Shown: positions 28,543 through 37,900 of the stretch, in pieces
Layout: every line of letters begins with the position of its first letter
How positions within the stretch are numbered: the stretch's first letter is position 1
IMG/VR virus record: IMGVR_UViG_2910013374_000001
Location: 1-64,000 of that record
Reading direction: 5' to 3' (one strand)
DNA from: a virus
Lineage: Duplodnaviria > Caudoviricetes
Length of the DNA stretch: 64,000 bases
Position numbers and translations under genes: made by a program
Notes under the pieces: model-generated
What the model was told of the DNA's origin: nothing
The model's input: only the letters and a program-made list of their open reading frames with translations
Databases searched by the model: none

Positions 28543-29091
28543 CTAGATGTTGAAGTCGAACGCATAAGGGACCAGGAGGGTGTCCTCGAGGTCCTGGCGG
28601 TTGATGAAGCCTTGATTGATTGCACGGCGCAACATCTCGCGCCCATCTCTCAGAATGAAGAGCTCAGGCTGGCAGTGGGCCTCGAGCAGGAGGCTCACCG
28701 TCTTGACGATGTCCTTCTTGCTGGCGCGGTGTTCCTTGGCCTGAGTGGCCCGGACGTTGATGATCTCCTCGATGATGAGCTCGGTCTGTTCAACGTTGCC
28801 TTCTTGCTCGGCGAGACCATTCAGCAAGTCGTAGCGGTAAGAAGTGGCCTCCCAGCCAGGAACCGTGCCCATCATGCAGGCGTTGCCGGTGATGGCTTCG
28901 TTTACTCGAGCTTCCAGGCTGTAGGGGACGCTGTATGTCTCGATCGCCTCGACTGATGAGACGTTGGGCTGCCATGCGTTGCCGCCGAGGTGCTTGAAGC
29001 CTGTGACTTGAACGACCAGGGAGATGCAACTGCAGTTCATGTCGTAGACGACAATCTCATTGGCGACCTCCATGCCAGGAAGAAGGATCAC
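28543..29091 (-). CDS. hypothetical protein (start uncertain; frame is open up to about 29220)
   Basis: ORF of at least 182 aa converging on a hairpin at about 28513-28535. Confidence 0.6.
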   Translation of the reverse strand: MILLPGMEVANEIVVYDMNCSCISLVVQVTGFKHLGGNAWQPNVSSVEAIETYSVPYSLEARVNEAITGNACMMGTVPGWEATSYRYDLLNGLAEQEGNVEQTELIIEEIINVRATQAKEHRASKKDIVKTVSLLLEAHCQPELFILRDGREMLRRAINQGFINRQDLEDTLLVPYAFDFNI

Positions 29092-29360
29092 CGGACACCA
29101 GTTTTGGTTCTTTTCTGCGCGGTCAAGATCGATCGGATAGCCGCCAATGGCCAGAAAGTTCTCTCCCGAGAGGAGGTCGGCTGCGTAATTTGTCGAGCTT
29201 CCCTCAGGCTGCGTGTGTTGTCACCACAGTAACCAGAAAACACACGCAACTGCAACTTCCGCATTCATGGCGGAGCAGATGTTGCATAGACAGGGCCGGA
29301 ATCCTCTGACAGCGCAGGCGTGATGCCTCGTCTCATCACACTTCAGCCGAGAGGGCTCCA

Positions 29361-30953
29361 ATGCTTGACGTTCTTGTCGCCCATCCGATCGACGACCCTG
29401 AACTCGTCAGCTATGTGAGACCCGAGCTCCGGGCACTGTTTCCCGAGCTGGAGAAAGTTCGTGATTGCTACGAGCTGATGAGGAGCCCCCAGTGCAAAGG
29501 GCGCTACTTAACGCAAGAGCCAGGCGAGCCTGATGAGGCGTTCGAATCACGGCTGAGCCGCAGTACTTACACCCCGGTCTTTCGCGATGCGATCAAGGCC
29601 TTCGCTGGCCTGCTGGGCAACTACCAAGAGCACGAGCTACCCAAGACCCTCGAGGACAACCTGAGCAACGTGGATCTGATGGGATCCAGCCTGGCCAAGC
29701 TGCTCAACGACCTGGACCAGCTGGTCTTGCGTGATGGTGGCGCTGCTCTGCTGGTGGAGATGCCACCTGAAGACGAAGGCCTGGAGTCAGCGCTCGAGGA
29801 ATCAGAAGCGGGCAAGCGGCCGTACTTGGTGCCCGTTGAGCGAGCCAACATCATCAATTGGCGGACAACGATGCGAGCTGGCCGGGAGATGGTCGAGCAG
29901 TGCGTGATTCGCACGATCGTCGAGGAGCCCTCAGAAGACGGTCAGTTCGGCACCAAGCTCGAGCCGGTCTATTGCTACCTCTACCCAGGCGGATACACGA
30001 AGTTCAAGCTGGTTCGCGGAGCTGCTGACAGCAAGTGGACCCAAGTTGTGGTGGCCCAGGGCGAAACGAGCCTCCCTGTTGTGCCCTTGGTCTGGATGGG
30101 TGCAACCGGCAGCCGCTTCGGCATCGGTGACGTGCCCCTCTATGGCCTGGCCGATCTCTCGATCCAACACTTCCAGCTGCGCAGCGACCTGGCTGAGCTG
30201 ATCCATAAATTGTCGATGCCTGTTCCTGTGCGCAAGGGAGCACCGACTGATCAACACGGCAGGCCCGCACCTCTGACGATTGGACCCAACACCGCGATCG
30301 ATCTACCTGAGGAGGGCGACTTCTTCTTCGCTGAGCCGAGTGGATCTTCCCTGGCCCAGCACCAAGAGGAGATCAAGCACGTAGAGGCGCTGATGGATCG
30401 CTCGAGCCTTGCCTTCATGTATGGCAGCGAGCAGACCAAGACCGCGACAGAGGCCGTCCTGCAGGGCGCTCAGATTCAGGCCCAGGTGAAGACGCTGATC
30501 GAGAACAAGGAGAGCCTGTTCGACATGGTGCTCAAGCTGTGGGCGATCTATACCGGCGAGAAGGTGGCTGAGGAGTCAGGCATCGAGGTGAGCGACAACC
30601 TGATCCAACGCCCGCTCGAGGCGACGGAGGTTCAGAGCTACCTCAACCTGTTTGGTGAGAGCGCGATCAGTCATCAGACCCTGCTCGAGGAGCTGCAGCG
30701 TGGTCATGCGTTGAGCCATGACATCGACATCGAGGAGGAGATCGCTCGCATCGATGAGGAGAAGAAGAAGGCCCAAGAGGAGGCGATGGCCCAGATGGAG
30801 GCGATGGGCGGCCTAACCGGTGGCCCTGAGGATATGGCACCTGCGGCGGGCAACTTCAGCAAAGCGCCTGAGGCCAAGAAGAAGGACCCCAAGAAGGAGC
30901 AGGAGGTGGCAGCCGATAAGAAGGCCGCCAAGAAGCCAGCCAAGGAGAGCTGA
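29361..30953 (+). CDS. portal protein (DUF4055-type)
   Basis: YL.QEPGE...F..RL, NVDLMGSSL, IINWR, PL..LA.L.I.HFQ..SD, KTATE; 530 aa; late motif upstream. Confidence 0.85.
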   Translation: MLDVLVAHPIDDPELVSYVRPELRALFPELEKVRDCYELMRSPQCKGRYLTQEPGEPDEAFESRLSRSTYTPVFRDAIKAFAGLLGNYQEHELPKTLEDNLSNVDLMGSSLAKLLNDLDQLVLRDGGAALLVEMPPEDEGLESALEESEAGKRPYLVPVERANIINWRTTMRAGREMVEQCVIRTIVEEPSEDGQFGTKLEPVYCYLYPGGYTKFKLVRGAADSKWTQVVVAQGETSLPVVPLVWMGATGSRFGIGDVPLYGLADLSIQHFQLRSDLAELIHKLSMPVPVRKGAPTDQHGRPAPLTIGPNTAIDLPEEGDFFFAEPSGSSLAQHQEEIKHVEALMDRSSLAFMYGSEQTKTATEAVLQGAQIQAQVKTLIENKESLFDMVLKLWAIYTGEKVAEESGIEVSDNLIQRPLEATEVQSYLNLFGESAISHQTLLEELQRGHALSHDIDIEEEIARIDEEKKKAQEEAMAQMEAMGGLTGGPEDMAPAAGNFSKAPEAKKKDPKKEQEVAADKKAAKKPAKES

Positions 30954-31010
30954 TCGGAGGCCTCTCAAGATCTAGATCTGCCCGCGAGCCCCCACATGAG
31001 GGGCTCTTTT

Positions 31011-31331
31011 TTATGGCTCGGATCCTTCGACGTCTGCTCCTGATCCCACCTCATCGTCGACCTGGTCTTCCCGGCCTGGCCTCCAGCCACTGGTCCAGAT
31101 CTTGCGGGTCTTGATGTTCAGTTCGTCGCGGCTGAGCTTCCAGATCTTGAGGAGCTTCTCTAAGTCCTGCTTGATGTCAGGCGAGCCAGGGAATTCCGCG
31201 TACCTGGAGAAGAGCATCGCGACGGTTGTGAGGTGCGTGTTCGTCGGATCGCCCTGGTGGCCAAGCGCAGCGTCCAGCCGGTCGCGGTCGGTCGCATAGA
31301 GGGGATGGGTCTGTTCGTTGTTGTCGCTCAT
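31011..31331 (-). CDS. DUF3288-like cyanobacterial protein
   Basis: HPLY..DR, RY..FPG..DI..DL...L..W.L....L...TR.IW, VGSG.D pattern. Confidence 0.7.
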   Translation of the reverse strand: MSDNNEQTHPLYATDRDRLDAALGHQGDPTNTHLTTVAMLFSRYAEFPGSPDIKQDLEKLLKIWKLSRDELNIKTRKIWTSGWRPGREDQVDDEVGSGADVEGSEP

Positions 31332-32830
31332 GAGCTGATCTTGCCAGCGGCGAACTCTCAGCGTCCTCTCATTGACAACACGTCCACTAGAAAGCACAAT
31401 GAAGGAGTCCCGAAGGAAAACAACATGGCCGACTTCTTCACCACCTACTTCGACGAGAAGAACCTGACCGAGGAGATCTACGAGGTCACCGACAAGCGCC
31501 CAGCCGCCGGCATCTTTGGCACCACTCACATCATCCCCACTGGCGTCGTGATCGAAGCGATCAAGGGCACCAAGGGCCAAGAGCGCCAGCAGATCGAGCA
31601 GATCATCCGCCAGATCGATTGCAGGAACGGCGACATCCACCACTTCTTGCGCCACATGGCCGAGGGCATCGCCAACAACACCTGAGCCAAGCGGGCCCAC
31701 CTGGGCCCTTCACCTATCACCATTCGCACCCTGACATCATGGCCAACTACAACACCTACGTCACCCGCCTGCGCACCGAGAACCTGATCAAGCTGATCGA
31801 GGCCACCACCAGACACCAGGCAGGCTTGAGGTTGCAAGTGACTCAAGAGCGCAACATCACTCAGCTTCAGGAGCTGCAGGCCGAGCTGTTCAGACGAATT
31901 GCTTGACACCACGTCCAACAGAATGCACACTTAAGGAGCCAAGCAACCGGAGCCAACCATGACCAACATCGCCACCATCAGAACCGCTGCCTACCAGATC
32001 GCAGTCGACTTCGAAGCCACCAAGAGCCAGGCCATGAGCCTTGCAATCCTGGCAATCAACGCCGCAGGCTTTACCGCCAAGGAAGCATTCGAAGCCGTGA
32101 TCGGCGAGGGCCGCTGGGACATGCTCCCCGCAGATTGCACAGAGGAGGCCGTGATGGCCGCAGTGTTCGCTGACATCCCCCTCGAGCTGCAGCAAGCCAT
32201 GGCCGCCGCCGCCTGACCTGAACGGGTTCTTCGGAACCTTTCCCTGTAACCATTCGCACCCTGACAACAATGGCCAAGAAGAAAGCCGCCACACCCAAGC
32301 CCACCGCGCTCACAGCCACCGCCGAGAGCGGCGAGGTGTTCACCCGCAAGACCAAGAACACCTACACCCACGCGGTCTACATGGAGGCCACCATGAGCGA
32401 TGGCCGGGTCGTGAACTACACGCCCTCCTGGGTTGGACGTCCTGACCTGGTGGAGAAGGCCATGAAGCGGGTCACGGCTCTGGCCGGCTACCGCCAGGGC
32501 AAAGAGCTCCTCGAGTTCGACCGGGAGAACGGAGGCACGATCGCCACTGGGATCTTCTTCGAGTCGGTTCGCGGTGTTGCTGTTCCGGTCAACGCCTGAT
32601 GACCTACCAAGTCCGCCTCATCGAGTCCGCCACAGGCCAGGTTTTCGCCCGCGTCGTGCTGGTGGATCCCGATGGGGCGGAGCACCCCTCCAAGCATCGG
32701 GGCACCCTGCACCGCACAGCTCAGGGGACGCCAGTCGTTAAGCCGCGGCCATGAGCAGCGGCTCTCGGGCCCGCCGAAAGATCCTCAGCGAAGTCTCAGC
32801 CGGATTCTCAGCGAACTCTCATCCCTGCTG

Positions 32831-32859
32831 CTGACACCACGTCCCTCAGGATCTACACT
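32831..32859 (+). promoter_or_regulatory. representative sigma70-type early promoter (T/C)TGACA-CCACGTC-N10-(T/C/G)ANNNT
   Basis: CTGACA + 17 bp + TACACT; related copies at 8612, 12382, 12974, 31372, 31903, 33753, 44027, 45152, 46233, 47125, 47938 and minus-strand 1750, 3206. Confidence 0.85.
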
Positions 32860-33385
32860 GGAGGAGTCCACAAGACACCCAACAACATGACCAAGACCGA
32901 GACCAAGGCTGCAGCATTGATCGCCGCGATCACCGCCTACGCCGCTGAGTTCATTCAGGCCGGCGACTGCGCCGGATTCCTTGAGGACTTCGCCATCAAC
33001 GCAGGCGTCGAGATCGATGAGCTCACCGACACGCTGCAGGACAACGCGGACCAGCTCAAGGAGATGCGCCTCGCCGATGAGTTCGCCGATGAGCAGGCCG
33101 AGGGAGCCTGATCCCGCGGGCCCTTCTGGGCCCTTCTTCTGTTCGAGTTCTAACCGCAACAACATGAAACAGACCAAGACCCACAGCGCCACAGGCCGCC
33201 CGCTCTACATGACCACCGAGTGGTGGTTCTCCGCCTACAACCCCGAGGGCTGGTGGGCGAAATACCACCCCGAGTGTCTGGACAGCCTGGACACGATCGC
33301 CAGCCGCCCAAGCCTCGATCCCTGGGGCCACGAGGACAAGCGGGACATGATCCACCCGAGACAGCAGGCCATGGCCGGCCAGCGC

Positions 33386-34126
33386 TGATCACCTGGGCCC
33401 TTCGGGGCCCATAGCCTGTCACCATTCGAACCCCAACAACCCCAACAACAATCATGACCGCTCCACTCTTTACCGCCACCGACTCCTTCCTCTGGGATCT
33501 CGAGATGGCTGACATGTCCGACGATCAGTTGATCGCTGTCGTCCGCGGCCTGTATCACACAGCACCACACGGCAAGGTTCGCGCCATGGTCGATGAGCTC
33601 CACCACCGCTTCGGCTTTGACGTGGCCAACCACGTCATCGGGACGGCTCACCTCAACGCCTGATCCACCTGGGCCCTTCGTGGCCCTTTCCTATAGGCGC
33701 CATGTCAGATCGCCGACGCTGCCGATTCTCAGCCAGCTCTCAGCTTGCAGTGTTGACACCACGTCCACCAAGGGCGATACTTAAGGAGTCCCCGAAAGAA
33801 CCGGAACATGACCAAGTCCACCGCCTTCGATTACACCGCCGTCGGTCGCCTCACAGCCATCCACGGTCGCTTGGCTGTCATCACCGTCACACGCGGTGAG
33901 ATGCAGCCACTGGAGGTCGAGTTCCTGATCAAGAAGGAGATCGAGACCAAGGAGATCGGCGCTTATGTCGGCGCTGTCGGCAAGGTTCGCCTCGTCGATG
34001 GCAAGTTCTGCGGCGTTGCCCGCAACCTGACCCGCCTGGGCAAGCCAAAGGCCGCCTGATCACCTGGGCCCTTCGGGGCCCATAGCCTGTCACTATTCGA
34101 ACCCCAACAACCCCAACAACATCATG
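33386..34126 (+). repeat. near-identical ~70-bp intergenic linkers at 33386-33456 and 34057-34126
   Basis: TGATCACCTGGGCCCTTCGGGGCCCATAGCCTGTCAC(C/T)ATTCGAACCCCAACAACCCCAACAAC(A)ATCATG. Confidence 0.9.
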
Positions 34127-34662
34127 GCCACGAGATCTGCAATCGGTTACAAGCTCCCCAACGGCAACATCAGAGCCAGCTACTGCCACTGGGATGGCAA
34201 TCCCGAGCACCAGCTCCCCATCCTCACCGAGCACTACACCACAGCCGAGGCCGTCGTGGCCTTGGTGGCCCATGGCTCGATGAGCCAGCTCCGCACCCGC
34301 AGCACCTGGGACAACGGCTCTGTCCTTCGCGACGCACAAGGCGGCTTCGTGCGTGACGCCGAAGGCCTCTTGCGCTACGAGACCGAGCAGGAGCCTGGCC
34401 CGCTCTATCACTGCGAGCGCGGCGACGGTATGGAGCCAATCACCAGCAACTATCCCGCGAACTGCTGGGATGAGCTGATGGACATTGAGCACCTCTATGT
34501 CTTCCACCCTGAGCACAGCTACTGGGAGCACGTCGAACAGGACTGAGACACCGGGCCTAAGGGCCCTTTTTTTTGTGCCTCGTGTTTTCGCTTCCGGGAG
34601 CAGCTGCGCGGGGGCCGCGGCTTAGCGCCCTCGGAATCCTGCGCTGTTCTTACAAGCGCGTC

Positions 34663-34872
34663 ATGGACATCAAAGCCTGCGGAAAATGTGGCGCCAAGTG
34701 GATTGATGGGCAGCTGTATTGGTCCACCGGAGCCAAGGCAAAAGAGGAGGACCTCGCTGGCCTGGTCTGCAACACCCTCGGCGACAAGCAGTGCATCAAC
34801 CCGATGCGCGGCAACGACACCGGCACCACCTGGGCCAAGCGCATGGACGCCATCAACGAGCTCGACGAATAG
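34663..34872 (+). CDS. small Cys-containing hypothetical protein of a cyanobacterial/cyanophage type
   Basis: CGKCGAKWIDGQLYWSTG...DLAGLVC...CINP; late motif 31 nt upstream. Confidence 0.7.
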   Translation: MDIKACGKCGAKWIDGQLYWSTGAKAKEEDLAGLVCNTLGDKQCINPMRGNDTGTTWAKRMDAINELDE

Positions 34873-34902
34873 CCAGGCGCCGGAACACTTGTGCGCTGAG
34901 AT

Positions 34903-37900
34903 TTGGTGCAAGTGGCAGGTACTGGAGCTGATCTTGAGAATTCCACCCTGGCCTGGGTCGACAAGCTCGACGGGCTAGGTGATGGCACCACGAAAGCTCA
35001 GAACGCAATCCTGGCCAACAGCGCCGAGCAGATGCTCGCTGAGCTGCGCAAGTCCTACACAAAACTCGCTGACGAGAAAGCCAAGGACCCCAACAGCAGG
35101 TCCCAGATCTACACCTCGCAGCAACTGGCCAACAGGATCGAGAGCACGATCGAACTGTTGCCGGCCAAGCAGCGCAAGGCACTTGAGGGCCTTTATGACG
35201 CCGAACTGAAGAAGGCCGACCGACTGGGTCGTGAGTCAGGCGTTGATCTCAACAACATCCTCAAAAACAGAGACAAGACCCTCAATCAGAACGCCAAGCC
35301 AAACGTCGATGCCGTCAACGCAGCCAACAGGCGGCTGAACCAGTTCTGGCAGAAGGAAAACTCGCAATTCACCGATCGGGTGAAGGCGATGACTCGCAAC
35401 GCCGCAGCCCAGGGCATGAGCTGGCGGCAGCTGAGCAAGAACATCCGCGAACTGCTGATCCTTGAGGAGAAGCAGGGCACACAGAGCGACAGGTCCAAGG
35501 CCGTCAACAAGCGATTCGGCATCCCAGGACGGGCCGAGATGATTGCCAGAACAGAGCTCTCCAACGTCTACATCGGCGGAAAGCTCGATTCATACAGAGA
35601 GATGGGATACGACCACGTCAGGTGGTCCGCTGCAGCCGAGCGCACCTGCGGCTTTTGCATGAGCCGTGACGGGCTGGTCTATCCAGCCGAGGAGATCGAG
35701 AGCGCAATCCCTGCGCACCCTCGCTGCCGCTGCGACCTCATCCCGGTCGATGTGCCCAAGGACATGAAGGGCAAGAAGATCACGCCCAAGCAGGCCGCTG
35801 AGGAGCTCGACGATGGCTACTGGTCCAATTCCAGGAAGCAGAAGCTCGACCAGTGGAAGAAGGAGCAGAACCTCAACAAGAGAGGCGAGCCCAAGTCGAT
35901 CCTCAAGAGCAACAGCGAACTTGACCAGGCTCTGCGCAACTACGCCCAGACGCCCACCAACACGCAGAACTATTTGCGCCCAGGCCAGCCGGCTTCCCCT
36001 CCCCTGTATGCGCCAAGCGGCAGCATCATTCCCGATGTCGAGGTGGCGGCCACAGCGGCCAAGCAAGCCGCAGCGGATGAGACCAATCGCGTCGAGAGAA
36101 AGCGGCTAGAGGCTGAGGCCCAGAAGCTCAGGGACACAGAGGTTCAAGAGCGCCCAAGCGAGGAATTCACCCACCAGCGATTCAGCGACGCGGACGGAGA
36201 GCCAGGGCCCAATACCCGTTGGACCAAGGAGCGGCAGAAGCTGCACGACAAGATCCTCAACGAATTCCTGAAGAACGGGGTGGTCAGCAAGAACCCCACC
36301 TTCACCATGTCTGGTGGTGGCCCTGCCTCAGGCAAGGGCTTCATGTTGAAGAAGACCGGCCTGGATCAACCCGGCAAGGTCGTGATCGACGCGGACGAGA
36401 TCAAGAAACTCATCCCTGAGTACGCCAAGGCACAGAAGACAGGCGGCAAGGCACAGCAGGCAGCAGCGGGTCTGGTGCACGAGGAATCGAGCTACCTGGC
36501 CAAGCGGATCATGAGCGAGGCCTCCAAGCGCAAGTTCGACGTCGTTCTCGATGGAACAGGGGACAGCGGCATCAAGTCCCTGTCTAAGAAGGTTCAGAAG
36601 ATGCGCGACCAGGGCTACAGGGTCGAGGCCAAGTACGTCAGCGCCGACACAAACACTGCAGCGCAACGCAACTGGGATCGTTTCCTCAAGACCGGACGCC
36701 TTCCACCCGAGTGGATGCTCCGCAACGTTCACGCCGATGTCTCCAAAACTCTCCCTGAAGCCATCAAGAAGGGGATCTTCGACAAGGTCGAGCTCTACGA
36801 CACCAACAAGTCGGGCGAACTGCGCAAGGTCATCACACAGGTGGGCGGCAAGAAGCCAACCATCAACGATCCGAAGCTCTGGGATGACTTCCTGAACAAG
36901 GCCAAGGCCCCTCAGGTCACTAAGGAACAAGGCGACGCAATGATCGCCAAGCGCAAGGCCGACATGCAAGCGGCCAAGGCACCAAAGAAGGCTCCTCAGG
37001 CAATCATCGATGCGGGCCTCGAGCAGGGCTGGAAGCTGATGGCCGAGCAGCCGGCACAGCAGGCCAAGCTCCTCGCCAAGGTCGAGGGCATTGCAGCCAA
37101 GGCCAAGCGCACCGAGGCGCTCAAGCCGATCAAGGCCAAGAAGTCAGCTGAGACCCAGGAACGCAAGAAGGACTACTACGACGAGGTCGTGTGGAGGGCT
37201 GAGCAGTTCGGGATCAGCATCAAAGCGGCCACAGGTGCTTACGCCAAGGCGATCAAAGAATCGGGCATGAAGCCCGGCGCTGACTACAACGAGGCCATCG
37301 ATAACGCGTTCATGAGCGCGATGAGGAAGGCCGGTGAGGCGGCCAGGAAGGACGCACTGAGGGGAATCAAGGCCAAGAACTCAGCCAAGGTCGCTAGCGC
37401 GAAGGAGGACTACCTCGACGAGATCGACTATCGGGTCAAGACCAACAAGATCACCCGCGCAGAAGCGATCGACGTCTACGCCAAGGCGGTCAAGAAGACC
37501 AAGTTCAAGAACGGACGCTCGGGCGAAGACCTCGAGGACGATTTCTTCTCAGCGATCAGCAAGGAAGCCAAAGAGCAATTCGCCAAGACCGGCATCGACA
37601 CCAAGAAGATGGTCGCGGAAGCCAGGGCGGAAGCACTCGCGAAGAAGCAGGCCAGGAATCTGGGCACGGTCGACACTGCGAAGACTGCAGGGCCAGCAGC
37701 AACCAAGGGCACCTTCAAGGGCAAGACCTCAGCGGATCGCGTCGCTGAGCAGAAGCTGCTGATGAAGGACAGCTTCGATGGTGGGCTCACACGTCAGGGC
37801 ATCAAGGACACCTTCAACACGTTGGCATCGGCCAGCGGTGCATCGGGCGCGAACTTCCGGAAGCTGATGGATTTCGCGGAGAGATACAACATCTCCACGG

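Larger units (their letters stand above)
31350..34570 (+). other. island of small early-type genes built from repeated promoter/linker units (CDSs 31425-31685, 31739-31906, 31959-32216, 32270-32599, 32887-33111, 33164-33388, 33454-33663, 33808-34059, 34124-34546)
   Basis: four (T/C)TGACA(C/A)CACGTC promoters, GGGCCC hairpins and CCATTCG(A/C)ACCC...ATG linkers. Confidence 0.75.

Noticed and set aside
29092-29268. Possible TGA readthrough or non-canonical start extending the 28543-29091 gene
   Set aside because: The frame is open to 29220 and an ATG lies beyond a TGA, but there is no homology or structural signal to choose between explanations.
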